A stretch of DNA of 64,000 nt, from assembly GCF_006345805.1 (NCBI RefSeq), contig NC_043015.1, forward strand, positions 43,586,001-43,650,000. Direction: 5' to 3'. This document shows positions 1 to 12,994 of this stretch, piece after piece. The notes beneath the pieces were generated by a model that was given only the letters and a program-made list of their open reading frames with translations, had not been told where the DNA came from and did not search any database. The position numbers and the translations under genes are program-made. How positions within the stretch are numbered: position 1 is the first letter of the stretch; each line of letters begins with the position of its first letter. This DNA is from Octopus sinensis (lineage: Eukaryota).

Positions 1-145
1 ACCTAACGTAGCGGTTCGGCCAAACATACCGATATAATACGTACTAGACTTAGAAAGAATAAGTCCAGAGGTTACTTCGTTCAACTAAAGGTGGTACTCC
101 AGCATGACCGCAATCAATTGACTGAAACAAGTATAAGAATATCTG
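1..145 (+). mobile_element. SINE family B, 3' end (cut by window edge)
   Basis: Matches the 3' part of other B copies: gcggttcggc...gatagaataagtac...ccagcatg(g/a)ccgca...tgactgaaacaagta. Confidence 0.75.
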
Positions 146-284
146 CTAAAATGAGATGTCAATGTTATGCTCTTTTGCGTATTTTAGACTATTCACATGC
201 ATATTATATATTATATATATAATATATATTAATAATATATATATAAAGTTTCCAAACAAGAAAACACAGAAAAAAAGAAAAAAA

Positions 285-470
285 AACCACAGCAACGCAG
301 GACGTGGAACAATTAAAGTATTATTGACGCTCAGGAAAGAAGGGAAGGAGGTTTTAACGTTTCAAGCGGAGCTCTTCGTCGGAAACAAGGAGAAGGAAAG
401 ATCCCAAGGAGGGAAGACAGAGGAGAAAATATTTGAGCTGGTGGTGCTTAAGAGATCACATGTTGATCAC
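285..470 (-). mobile_element. Short Penelope-type repeat with a mutated hammerhead motif (family H1)
   Basis: Reverse complement is homologous to 4780-4985; core reads gttt-CCGACGA-a-gagc-tcc-gctt-GAAAC-GTT-aaaac (U4>C). Confidence 0.55.
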
Positions 471-487
471 ATATATATATATATATA

Positions 488-536
<49 letters not shown>

Positions 537-1794
537 GTATACGAATCAGAAAGACAGATGTGGAAGACGAACTTCTGATCTCAGGCTCTGGGATTCCGTA
601 TCATTATCTTTGGTTATTATTATATATTCCCATATGTTTCTTCTGCAATGCTCTTCTCCTACACGATTCCATTTAAATGCTATTGCTCCAGCGAGGCAAA
701 AATTACAATGGCTCGAGTCATCTAATCATCCAAACAATTAAAGAACACATTATCTCTCCGGATTCTGTGCACTCACTTTTCAATTCTTTCAGTGCAGGGA
801 CTTTCGATCCATTTTATTCTGTTTCGCTGGAAAAAAAAAGATGAGATAATTTCCCCCGTAAGCAGTTTGAGTGATTAAGTATAATCCTCTTTTATCGGTT
901 CCTGCTTGCCATGTCATATTTGTACCCATAAATATCGGAAAGATAAGGGAACTATTTAGGAATGCGTATATACATTCATATGTGTGTGTTTGTGAGTTTG
1001 AGTGGGTTTGCATGCAAATTCATGCGCGCGCATATGTGTATGTATTCTGCCGATTGTTATTCTAAATGCATCATTTAGTACATTATAATCTCCTGGTTCT
1101 TCATTGGATTTTGCCGATCTTAAGAAGACATATATTTATTATTGTCAATGTGAACAAGAACATATTTATCTCATTTTTCTGTCGTGTTATAGAATATCTT
1201 ATATCTTATATCGTTCGAAATATATTACCCGATAGATAAATTTCTCCGGCACAAAGAAAATTGGATGTTATTCAAAATAATATTTTCTTCTTTGAAATTC
1301 ATGAGAAAGCAACACGCTAAATATATATGATGAGCAATAACAAGGAGAAGTTAGTTTCTTTCTAAACTTATTGAAGATTTCTGCTACTCTGTCATTCACT
1401 GCTGAGTTCAAATCGTACAAAGTTACGAACGTTCATCCCTTCGCCTTCCCATAAGAAAGAAACAACTAGTCCCAGTGGTGGATGGGTAGAACTTTAAACA
1501 AAACAGCAGAACTAATTTCTGGCGGACTCTTTTCCGAACTCATCGCATTCTGAGTTCAAATCCTGCCTTAACTGCCATGAGTGAATATCTTAATGTGTCG
1601 TCCTGCTTAACAAACGAAGCTGCCATTTGACTGCTTTAGCGAACTCCGCTCTGTTGTCAACATTATTGCAGGGCCCCTCTCTGAAGATTGCTTTCCTTGC
1701 TCTGCATCGCAGTGTTCTCTGCCTCAGTAGCTCAGGAAAGAGTCAGGAGTAGCGATCATTCGCCTGACAAAAGCATTATAAGAAATAACTGCGT

Positions 1795-1988
1795 GTCTCT
1801 GTGATCAAGAAGCTCGCTGTGCAACGACTTGGTTTCGGATTCAGTCCCCCTATGCGGCATCTCGGAGTGTGGTTTCTACTATAGTTCCGAGTCGACCAAT
1901 GCCTCGTGACTTTATTGCCTTCGGGGAAACTGTTAAAGAGTCTATTGTCAGTATGTAACATTCATTCATACATACATACATACATACA

Positions 1989-2020
<32 letters not shown>

Positions 2021-2160
2021 CACACAGACAGTGTGTTTGCGATTGTTTTCGTCTCTCCCCTACCACCGTTCGAAAATCGTGTCCGTTTGTTTACATCACC
2101 GCAAAATAACGGTTCAACAAAATAGACTCGTAGAATAAGTACCAAACTTTTCAGGGAATA
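1795..2160 (+). mobile_element. Degenerate SINE-B
   Basis: Diverged B motifs (ggattcagtccc, ttctactatag, internal (TACA)n, tagaataagtacca). Confidence 0.5.
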
Positions 2161-2292
2161 ATCTTCAAAGCCAACGTGGCCGCAGCCCGATGGCTGATAC
2201 AAGTGAAAATAAACATTCTCTAAGATACGGCTTACAAATCCTTTAACAATAGCAAAAGCCCCACCAAAACATGTGAAATATCCAACCACCTA

Positions 2293-2676
2293 TACTCTTT
2301 TATTTGTTTCAGTTATTTGACCTTGGTCAAGCTGGAGCACCGCCTTTAGTCCAGCAAATCGACCCCAGTACCTATCCTTTGTTCTTTTGCCGAACCGCTA
2401 GTTTATGGAGACGTAAACACACCAGCATCGGTTGTCAAGCGATGTTGGGGGGACAAACACAGACACTCAAACATATACACACACATGCATACACATATAT
2501 AAACATATATACGACGGGTTTCTTTCAGTTTCCGTCTAACAAATCCAGTCACAAGATTTTTGGTCAGGCCGAGGCTATAGTAGAAGACAATTGCCCAAGG
2601 TGCCACGCAGTGGGAGTGAACCTGGAACCATGCGGTTCGTAAGCAAGCTACTTACTACACAGTCACTCCTACGCCT
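2293..2676 (-). mobile_element. SINE-B, near full length
   Basis: tRNA-like head ggcgtaggagtgactgtgtagtaag...ggttccaggttcactccc, internal (TA)/(TG) tract, tail aaataaaagagta. Confidence 0.85.
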
Positions 2677-2849
2677 ATAAGTATATTCCCTGCACATATT
2701 CTGGAATTAATTTCTGCACTGACATAGAATCCCAATACTAAGATCTAAGTCCATTTGTGATGGTGTCATATGAGTTGGTTTTCCTGTACATCTGACACAT
2801 GCCAACACATCCGTCAAAGACATTTACTTATTTTAGCTTCTCTCTTAAT

Positions 2850-3600
2850 AAGAAGTTCGTAAAGTTCTGAAATTTTAATCCTGAGAAAAGGATGTTTATT
2901 TTAATCTTTCCGTCAGAGGAATTATGCCAAATGTGATGAGAAGTACTAAGTCTGCTCTGAACACCTGGAATTATTTGAAGCCAATGAAGATAGTACTTTA
3001 TGTAAAAGTAGTCGCAAACAGAAATAAAGGCTTAGTCCATGGAATGGTACGATACATTTTCTCTAGCACCTAAATACATTCAAAAGTAAGGGATCTGCAG
3101 AGAAAGTCATAGCGGCACAGTGCCGTGCGACAAGCGCTTTCTATACGTGACTGCATTGTGAACAGCGAAATGTATATTCAGACACACAAAATCTTTCGAG
3201 AAGCTAGTAAGAAAAAGAGAACGAGGAAAAATCTGAAAACTATCCCCATTCACCATGTCAGTGCGTGGTCCTTTTATTTTTGGCAACAAAACAGACAATC
3301 GGGATATTGAGTTGGTCACTGGTACCTTATACAGTGTTCAGCTCGGACATGTCTTTCTTCAAATTCTGTCGGTCCAGTTCAATGAAGGAGAGTTTTAGGG
3401 GACAACGATCACATAACGCAGACGCGGTGAAATGGGTGATGAATGGGCGAGGAAAACAGTCATACGCGATATTTCTAGGAAGTGGATTAGAAAGCAGCGT
3501 TCGATGCCCCGCTTTTGGTAAAAACCCTTGCTGGCTAGTACATTTCGATAGAGGATGAGGAGCTCAACCAGCGTGCACAATTTCAACGATGCGTATCAGT
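2850..3600 (+). pseudogene. Highly degenerate mariner transposase remnant
   Basis: Fragments across frames: SEHLELFEANED, KSKGSAEKVIA (cf. SAGKVM), SMKESFRGQRSHNADAVKWVMNG (cf. C-terminal LKGQRF..DDAVK); many stops and frameshifts. Confidence 0.6.
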
Positions 3601-4064
3601 TAATTAAAAAGGAATCTATGATGTATTCTCTGTTGCATTAATTTCAGTGTAACACGTGTTTTATTCTGAGTACAAGGAAATATAGACATGTATTAATGAC
3701 TGTAAAATAGCCAAAACAGACAAACAGAAACATAAGGTCCCATCCCACATCGCACGCACGAATAGACAGATGTATTCAGGTATATAAAACGTAATATTCG
3801 TTGCCACTTCAGGGTGTCTGTTCCATACGGAACAATGTTACGACATTTTAAGCCCAGGTAAACATCTTTCGAACAGCCACGCCGAAGTGTCAACAGACAT
3901 TGTTTTTGTATCGTTACTACTTGTAGCTCTTTTAGAGATTTTAAAACTAGCTACTTTTATTATATTCGTGTGTGTTTATGTATGCATGTATATGTATATA
4001 TATGCATATGTATGTATATATATGTATATATAATTATACATATATATATGCATATGTATATGTA

Positions 4065-4549
4065 GATGTGGCTGTGTGGTAAATAGCTTGCTTACCAGTC
4101 ACTTAGTTCCGTGTTCAATCCCACTGCGTGGCACCTTGGGCAGGTGTCTTCTACTATAGCTTCGGGCCAACCAAAGTCTTGTGAGTGGATTTGGTAGACG
4201 GCAATTGAAAATGGCTCGCCATATATACACACAATATATATATTATATATATATATATATATTATATATATATATATATTAATGTATGTATGTATGTATG
4301 TGTGGTGTTTATGTGTCCTGTGTTTGTTTCCCCAACAGATGTTTATGTGTTTATGTGTCTGTGTTTGTTTCCCACAACAGATGCCGGTGTGTTTGATTCT
4401 ACGTAACTTAGAGACCGATAGAATAAGTAGGCTTACAAAGGCTTACAAAGCGTAAGTCCTGTGGTCTATTTGTTGCTCGACTAAATCCGGTGTCCCTGTA
4501 TGGCCGCAGTCAAATGACTGGAACAAGTAAACGAGTAAAAAGAGTAGAG
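4065..4549 (+). mobile_element. SINE-B
   Basis: Head gtggctgtgtggtaaatagcttgcttacc, B-box-like gttcaatccc, internal microsatellite, tail gagtaaaagag. Confidence 0.85.
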
Positions 4550-4551
4550 TA

Positions 4552-4597
<46 letters not shown>

Positions 4598-4779
4598 GGA
4601 TAATAAAACGCATGGTTTATACCTGGTAGCTTTCTCGTAATGCACGGTCACTTTCACAGTGATCGTTAAGTATATAGCAAATGAAAGACAGAAGATGGAA
4701 TATACGAGATGTAAAACGCATTCATAAATACCAACTACGACCAATTTGCAGTGGCAGAGTTAATTATGAGACAGCTATA

Positions 4780-4985
4780 TATGACCACGTGTGTATCGTT
4801 GGCGATTTTCTTTCTCCGTCTTCCCTTCCTTAGACCTTTCCCTTTTCTATGTTTCTGACGAAGAGCTCCGCTCGAAACGTTAAATCCTCCTTCTTTCTTT
4901 CCTTTCCTGAGCGTCCAATAACGCTATGCTTGTTCCACGTCCTCGCGTTGTTGTGTTTTTTCTTTGTGCATGTTTGGCTGAACTA
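4780..4985 (+). mobile_element. Short Penelope-type repeat carrying a hammerhead motif (family H1)
   Basis: Second copy at 285-470 (minus); ends in (TA)n; contains CTGACGA...GAAAC. Confidence 0.6.
4851..4885 (+). ncRNA. Minimal type I hammerhead ribozyme candidate
   Basis: GUUU-CUGACGA-A-GAGC(UCC)GCUC-GAAA-CGUU-AAAU: intact core, extra A after A9, 4-bp stem II, palindromic ACGU in place of stem III, short stem I. Confidence 0.6.
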
Positions 4986-5084
4986 TATATATATACATAT
5001 ATATGTATGCATGTATATGTATATGTATGTATTTATGTATGTATATGTACATGTATGTTTGCTATACATACACACACACACACA

Positions 5085-5130
<46 letters not shown>

Positions 5131-5254
5131 GAATATCTGTCTATCTCTATCTATCTATATATATATTTTTATATATGTGTGCGTGTGTGTGTGTGTGTGT
5201 GCGTATCTGTGTTTGAATCTCCCTCTCTCTCTCTCTCTTTCTCTCTCTCTTCTT

Positions 5255-5292
<38 letters not shown>

Positions 5293-5940
5293 AAAGATAT
5301 AGTATATTGTATGCGAAAAACTTGCAGTGAATAGCTATTTTGTATACGCGTATTCTGAGTTAATAATTCTGTATTAAATGTCTATATTTCTAAACAACAT
5401 AAATCATTTATGTGCTAAAATATTTGATTCATATATAGATCCGCGCTTTTATTAGAGTTTCTTCCCATCTTTATCGCCTTTGTGACCACATCTTCAGCAA
5501 TTGTAATTCTTTGTAACTACAAACCTCACGATGCACCTAAATAAAACTACATCATAAAGCGTACTTCCAAATAGCCTTTGTCTTCTTTATCGACAATTCC
5601 ACATTGCATATCATGTCTATACTTTTCTATTGCGTAAAATAAAACCTATCTGTTGCTTTAAAATTCTTCTCTGAGTTTTAACACTCGAATACTTCTATCG
5701 CTAAGATATATCCATACATTTATCACAAGTCTATAACTGATGTTGCTATAAGTAAAATCACTTGTAATATATCTCAGTATTTTCAACGATTTACATTGGT
5801 ATTTTCAAATACCCAAATGCTAGAAATGTGGACACCATTGCCAGTACTTTAAGCTTCAACATATCGAATTTTAATTCGTTGCTATATTGTAATATAATAT
5901 ACATATATACATACAAGAACACATATGCACACACACACAC

Positions 5941-5990
<50 letters not shown>

Positions 5991-6369
5991 TCCTGTCACA
6001 GATTGTTCCTCCAGCGTTCGCCAACTTACCTCGCATGGCCTAACAGCCCTCACTGTTTCTTTTCACTGTTATGTTTTTGTTACCAACTTTGACCCTCCAC
6101 AAATCCCAAATTTTAATTTTGGTTCGCGGGATCAACTGTTCTCTCAAAGGCTCATATTGTCGGGAAATGCTCGAAATGTGGAGTTGATAAACAGCCGACA
6201 GCTGACGAAGAGGAGTCGTTTTCTATGTTACTTGGGTTGTTTTCCATTTGTTTCTCTCGTTGTTCGCAAAAATAGCTTGTCTTCGTATTTCATGTTGATT
6301 TCGTATTTCGTATTTCATTTGTTTTTTTTTTTTCATTTCATGTTATTTACGTTTTGTGACGTCTGTACA

Positions 6370-6434
6370 TATATGCAGATATATATATATATATATATTT
6401 ACATATACGGATGTATATTTGAATTATATATATA

Positions 6435-6489
<55 letters not shown>

Positions 6490-6863
6490 ATATATATTAT
6501 ATATATATATATTATATTATTGTATTTATATATATATGCTATATTGTATTTATATATATATGCTATATGTATATATATATGTATGTATGTATATAGTACA
6601 TAGCATATATATAATATATATACATATATATAATATATAATATATACATACATATTAAATACATACATACACTATATACAAATATTTATATATATATATA
6701 CATATACATAATATATTATATATATATTATATATATATATAACATACATATATACATATATATATATATATCTTTCTTGGAAGAGGATGCGTGGCATTCA
6801 ATCATATAATAACGTAAATAATATTTATATGCATATATACATACGTATATGTACATACTTACA

Positions 6864-6924
<61 letters not shown>

Positions 6925-7030
6925 TCATACATTCATACATGCTTACATACATGCATGCATACATAGACATATACATGCATGCATACGTGCATAAACACAT
7001 ACACCCGTACATACATACATATACATACAT
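6370..7030. repeat. Compound (TA)n/(TACA)n microsatellite
   Basis: Seen directly. Confidence 0.95.
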
Positions 7031-7549
7031 GAATCATCTATTGGTTAATTTGAAAATTGCAGTGTAAATTATAGCTGTACTTATAACAACACTTCGACTA
7101 TTGCAATTATGTAAGAGCATGCTTAAACAACAGTTTTATCTGTTAATTAACAGAAAAAAATACCATTACGTTTAGCGATGAGTCTTTCACATGAAAGCAA
7201 TCAAAACGTTTCTGAAATTGTTTAATCCACGGGAAATTAAAGATAACAGAGATAATCAAATGATCAGATTTAATGAGATTTTTGTGCACTTATTTTCAGT
7301 AGATGCAACGATTCTAAAATCGTGGGAGTATTTTTTCATTAAGATGTTCAGAGTACCAATTAAAATTTATTTAGGGTATCAGTAATTGAATATTTTATTA
7401 ATTAGTTCAAAAATAAATTAAGCTTATTACAGACAAGTGTACTTTTATTTCGTTATGGCCTGCCGCCTAATCAGTGTCGTGGTTTGTCTTTCAGATTACA
7501 AGCAGGTTATGTTATCACGGTTTGAGTTCACTGTACGAGTACTTGTTTC

Positions 7550-7563
7550 CTTGAAGATATATT

Positions 7564-7599
<36 letters not shown>

Positions 7600-8078
7600 T
7601 ATCTTAGTGTGTGCATGTCCCCATGTGTGTGAGTGTGTGCGTAATTGTACGTATATACATATATATATATATATGTATGTATGTATGTATGTATTATGTA
7701 ATGTATGTATGTATGTATGTATGTACGTATGTATGTATGCCATGCTTGATCGCTAAGTCCAAGAGTTTTGTTATTCTATGTACATTTTCTCTTTATACCT
7801 TTCTGTTGAAGAGCATAGGCTTGAAACGTGAAATGCTTTCTCATATTCCCAACCGTCAAACTAATACACTTGCTTGTTGTTCATACATTTATGTTCGTCT
7901 TTTGTTTTTCTGTAAGTTTCAACTATTCATACACACACATATATATATAATTATATATATATATATTATATATATATTATATGCAGGTATGTATTGATGT
8001 ATGTATATATGTGAGTATATATATATACGTATATATATGCGTATATATATGTATATATAGTATATATATATTATATAT

Positions 8079-8109
<31 letters not shown>

Positions 8110-8117
8110 TATATATG

Positions 8118-8155
<38 letters not shown>

Positions 8156-8161
8156 CAATAT

Positions 8162-8190
<29 letters not shown>
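7550..8190. repeat. Compound (TA)n/(TATG)n microsatellites flanking an H2 repeat
   Basis: Seen directly. Confidence 0.9.
7780..7925 (+). mobile_element. Short repeat with hammerhead-like motif (family H2)
   Basis: CTGTTGA-a-gagc-atag-gctt-GAAAC-GTG; homologous to 21690-21830 (minus), including the downstream aatacact..gcttgttgttcatacat..ttcgtcttttgt. Confidence 0.5.
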
Positions 8191-8192
<2 letters not shown>

Positions 8193-9569
8193 TATACAAT
8201 TTTACCGAGGTTACTCTCTCTCTCCCTCTCTGTTTCTGTTTAGGGAAAAAAACTTTAGAAAATATAAGCCAACTATCCAGAGAGATATCTGCGTCTAGAA
8301 AACCGCTCCATGTTGGTCATCCTCTTTGCGATCAAAATCTGAAGACCTTTCAGACTCCTGCCACTGAATCATGGAGCCTTAGAATTCTGCTTGATTTCAA
8401 CGGCAATGTCAGCTGACCTGAACAATGACAAACGCGAGCTACCTTCTAGCTAGCAATGTTGAACATTGATCTTATAACACTAGTAAAGCCTGAAGAATAT
8501 CTTTCTACTTATACCATAAATATAAAAGATTTACGAAGAAACACTTTGTATCCATAAAGTCTGGGTTGCTATGTAAATACACCTGATGAAGAAGTACTGC
8601 CTCACACTAACACCTTTGAATGAGAGGCTCATGACTCTGTACCAGTTTATGTAGAATGTTCCATAATGCAGATCTCCACCTATGTACTATACAGTATGCA
8701 GATGAAGGAGTTTAGAATATTTTTCTACGTCGTTTCAATACCAACCGCTCTCATATAGCAAGAAGAAACAAAGTCGATTTACTTGGTTCTTTCAATACAA
8801 GGAGCAAGAAATACAACGAGTTATAGAAAAAAATGAAAATCATCATCGTGAAAAAAAAAGACAAATGATTTGAGCCTGCAACGCAAATAGGTTTAGTCTA
8901 TTCGTATTGAAGATAGTTCCTGCTTCTAAAAATCCCTGTGGATGTATCCTATCACCATGGAGTGACACGCTATTGATCCTGGAGTGACACGCTATTGATC
9001 AGCACTCAGCTGCGCGCGAAGAAAAATATTCTCATCAGAGCGAAGAAAAATATTCTCATCAGAGCGTAATGAATTAATGAAGAGAAATTGCTTCATCTTC
9101 AGTCGACAGGATCCATCCGTCAAAAGCTACATACGTACCACATAAGCTTATCTCAAAAACAATTCAACATTTTGAATGGTCAAGGCAAATGCCTCACTGA
9201 AGATTTCCAAGAAAAGAATTTTACGAATGATGGATCGCTGAAGCAGCATCGACAAATCAACGAGGAAAAACGAACTTTTGGCTTTCGGGAAATATGAAGA
9301 ATGAAATTTAGTTTGTCGCCAATTACGAAGAAATCTCAGGTTTCAACAGAGCATAAAGAAGCGGTCATCTTTTCACTGAAGAAAATCCAACATCGAATGA
9401 CAAGAAAATCCATTTTCAGGAAATCGAGTGGAAAATCAGGAAAATCAAATCATGGATATTCTGAACATTTGGAAACTTTCCTCATTTCTTATCAGAACCA
9501 AGAGAATACTCTGTTACAGAGTAAATTGTGTATGTATCTATGTATCAATGACTGCTGATATATACATAT

Positions 9570-9695
<126 letters not shown>

Positions 9696-9723
9696 TTATA
9701 TAATATACATACATATATATATG

Positions 9724-9764
<41 letters not shown>

Positions 9765-9775
9765 TATGTACGTAT

Positions 9776-9826
<51 letters not shown>

Positions 9827-9895
9827 ATATGTATATATCAGCAGTCATTGATACATACCAGTCTTCTGTCTCCACGCCACTGGTGTTGTCCAAGG

Positions 9896-10053
9896 GCTAC
9901 ACACAGAGGGAATAAACAAGGACAGACAAACAGATTAAGTCGAGTATATCGCCCCCAATGCGTAACTGGTACTTATTTAATCGACGACGAAATTTGAACT
10001 CTGAACTCAGCATTCCAGCCGGCGTGTTAACCATTCTGCCAACTCGCCGCTTT
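9896..10053 (-). mobile_element. SINE-A, internally deleted
   Basis: Head aaagcggcgagttggcagaatggttaacacgccgg and tail ttgtctgtccttgttt present, middle missing. Confidence 0.75.
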
Positions 10054-10054
10054 A

Positions 10055-10113
10055 ATGATGATAATAATAATAATAATTATAATAACAATGATGATGATAA
10101 TAATAATAATAAT

Positions 10114-10196
<83 letters not shown>

Positions 10197-10197
10197 G
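10055..10197. repeat. (AAT)n/(AAC)n microsatellite
   Basis: Seen directly; source of the poly-N ORF. Confidence 0.95.
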
Positions 10198-10831
10198 AAA
10201 CTGCGTCTGAAGTACTTTGAATATAAACGGCTTGATGAGTAGTACTCTTTATACTATCTGGGCTGTTCAGAGTAGAATGATCTTCTGTACTGCATATATG
10301 TTAACGGTACCAGCTATATGGTTGTTGAGTTCGATCTTTGTGCATGATTAGAATATTTCTGACATTTACGGAGGTTTTTCTTTAGAATGAATAGCATTCT
10401 TATGTCAATAAATATTCCCCTATTATCCAGCTTGCCTCTGATGGCAGTGCATTGATATTAGCATACTTCGTTGTTGTGCTTACAACAAAATACATCAATT
10501 CCAACAACTGTACTGAAATTAAGAGAAGTATCTGCAAATCATCAAAAAGGGATGAAGTAGAGAAATGATGACTAATTAATATGTAAGAAACGAAAAAGAA
10601 AATGAACGGCAAATAAATGTAGAGAAGAGAGAAGGGTAAGAACAAGCGGCTTAAAGCAACAACGCGGGATTATTATGGTATACTCCATCGACTTAAAGGA
10701 TTAAAATGCCAAGTAATTACATTTGAATTAATGAGTTCTAAAATCGTTAAGAATATATCGATCATTTCACACTATGCATCCATCTAGCCATCCTATAGAT
10801 ATATATATATAATATATATATATATCTATAT

Positions 10832-10955
<124 letters not shown>

Positions 10956-11593
10956 CAAGAGAGAGAGAGAGATGGGGGTGTGAGGTAGTTGAATGGATGA
11001 CAGGGTATTTGTTTAAGCGTTGCTTATAGAGAGGTCCCTTAAGTAGATTTTTATTTATTATAGCAAGATGAATGAATCCCCACCAAAACAAAAAAAAAAA
11101 GAAATCAAATTCTCAAAAGAACTTGATTCTTTAAATTTACGATGCAAAGCTCTTTCTATATCGTTTGTTTATGATGATTTACGTCCGATGAATTCGTGTT
11201 TTCTGGCAAGGGACTACGAAATGAAAGAAGAGTGGCTACAGCTGGGTCTGTTATAATCGTGTTCGTTCGGAAGATTAACCATTTGTTTTCCGCTTAATAA
11301 ATAAATAATGCCGGAATTAATGATTCTGAAATTATCTTTAATTCTTTTGTTTAGTGTACTTTTCAGTTTAATTAAACGTATTTCCTCGTGTACAGCCCCC
11401 GCTATTTTATATTATTTTATATTTCATTTTAACTGAAAATAAAACTGGGATAGGGTTTATACATGGGGCAAAGCTAGAACTAAAAAATGTACTACGATTT
11501 AATGCTAAAGAGTTTGATTTAAACATGAGTACGACATATACTCCGGGAAATACGGCAAAATTGCAGCAGAACGGAAACGTATTGTGTGTTTGT

Positions 11594-11660
<67 letters not shown>

Positions 11661-11702
11661 TGTGTGTGTGTCTTCCTATTTGACGTTGATATAATTTTTA
11701 TA

Positions 11703-12097
11703 GGCGCAGGCGTGGCTGTATGGTAAGAAACTTCCTTCCGAACCATATAGTGACCCCTTCTGTGACTGTCTTCTACTAAAGGTCCCTGGATGAACAAAGC
11801 CTTGTAAGTGGATTTGGTAGACGGAAACTAAAACAAACCCGCCATATATACGTGTGTATGTGTATGTGTGTATGTGTGTGTGTGTGTGTGTGTGTTTTGT
11901 GTTTGGCTCTGTCTCAACGCCCCCGCTTGACAACCGGTCGTGCTATGTTTATGTCCCCGTAAGCTAGCGGTTCGGCAAAATACACCGACAGAATAAGTAC
12001 CAGGCTTTAAAAATTAAGTACTGGGGCTAAAACTCTTCAACTTGATGCCAGAACAGGTTCACAGTCTAATGACTGAATCAAGTCAACGATAAAAGAT
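11703..12097 (+). mobile_element. SINE-B, diverged variant
   Basis: ggcgcaggcgtggctgtatggtaag...gtggatttggtagacggaaact...gcggttcggcaaaa. Confidence 0.7.
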
Positions 12098-12635
12098 ATC
12101 CTTCTCACTTCTTTCTCATCTCTTAAAACTAGTGCTGCCGATGAAGTCTGTATTCTGCACGTTGATGCAAAGGATCAAAATGGCTTGGGTGCGAATTACA
12201 GTGTTGTATTCTTAAGAACCATTGGAACAAGCGTTCTCTGTACTTAAGCTTTCAAACAGGGGAGATTAGCACTTCCACTCAGAGACTAGTTTCAGAGTTA
12301 CTACTCTTCATCAGTGTGGAGTACTCAGAATTGTTTTGGCAGCCGTAACGTTGCGGTTCGAGAAAAATAGTCGACAGAATAAGTACCAATTTGATTAAAG
12401 CATACTCAGGCGGTTTCCTTATTGAAAAAGTAAATGATAAAAGATATGTGTCTGTGTGGATAATGTGTATCTTTATGTGTACCCTACGTGTGTGTATGCG
12501 TATGTATGTTCGTACGAGTGTTTGTGAATGCATTATTTACACACATTTCCCCGTTTACAGATCATTTCAAAGATTACATATAACACCATAAATCAGCAAT
12601 TTAACATCTACTTCCGTGGATTTCGTCGTGTTGTG

Positions 12636-12994
12636 GTACTCTGTCGGTAACGACGACGAGGGTTCCAGTCGATTCGATCTATGGAACAGCCTGCTCGTGA
12701 AATTAACGTGCCAGTGTCTGAGCACTCCATAGCCACATGTACCCTTAACGTAGTTCTTGAGTGAGTTGCAGCGTGACAGAGGATGTGACAGGGCTGGCCT
12801 TTTGAAATACGGGTACAACACAAACAGGAAGGAAGAGTGCGAGAAAGGTGTAGTGAAAGAGTACAAGCAGGAGCCTCGTGGAGCTTAAGGTATTTTCGCT
12901 CAATAAGCACTCACAACGTCCGGCATGAGAATCGAAACCGCGATCCTGCGACCGCGCGTCCGCTACCCTAACCACTGAGCCATTGCGCCTCCAC
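12636..12994 (-). mobile_element. SINE family C (tRNA-like head)
   Basis: Reverse complement head gtggaggcgcaatggctcagtggttagggtagc...ggtttcgattctc with A/B boxes; 3' part shared with 14546, 26950, 34600. Confidence 0.8.

Noticed and set aside
2761-2880. Minus-strand MYRKPTH-like Penelope motif and a possible small exon (IKISELYELLIKREAKI)
   Set aside because: Needs a frameshift, has no supporting RT motifs, and overlaps the better-supported plus-strand mariner remnant
10394-10570. Plus-strand frame HSYVNKYSPIIQLASDGSALILAYFVVVLTTKY... with a hydrophobic stretch after an AG
   Set aside because: Under 60 codons, no upstream partner exon, no recognisable family
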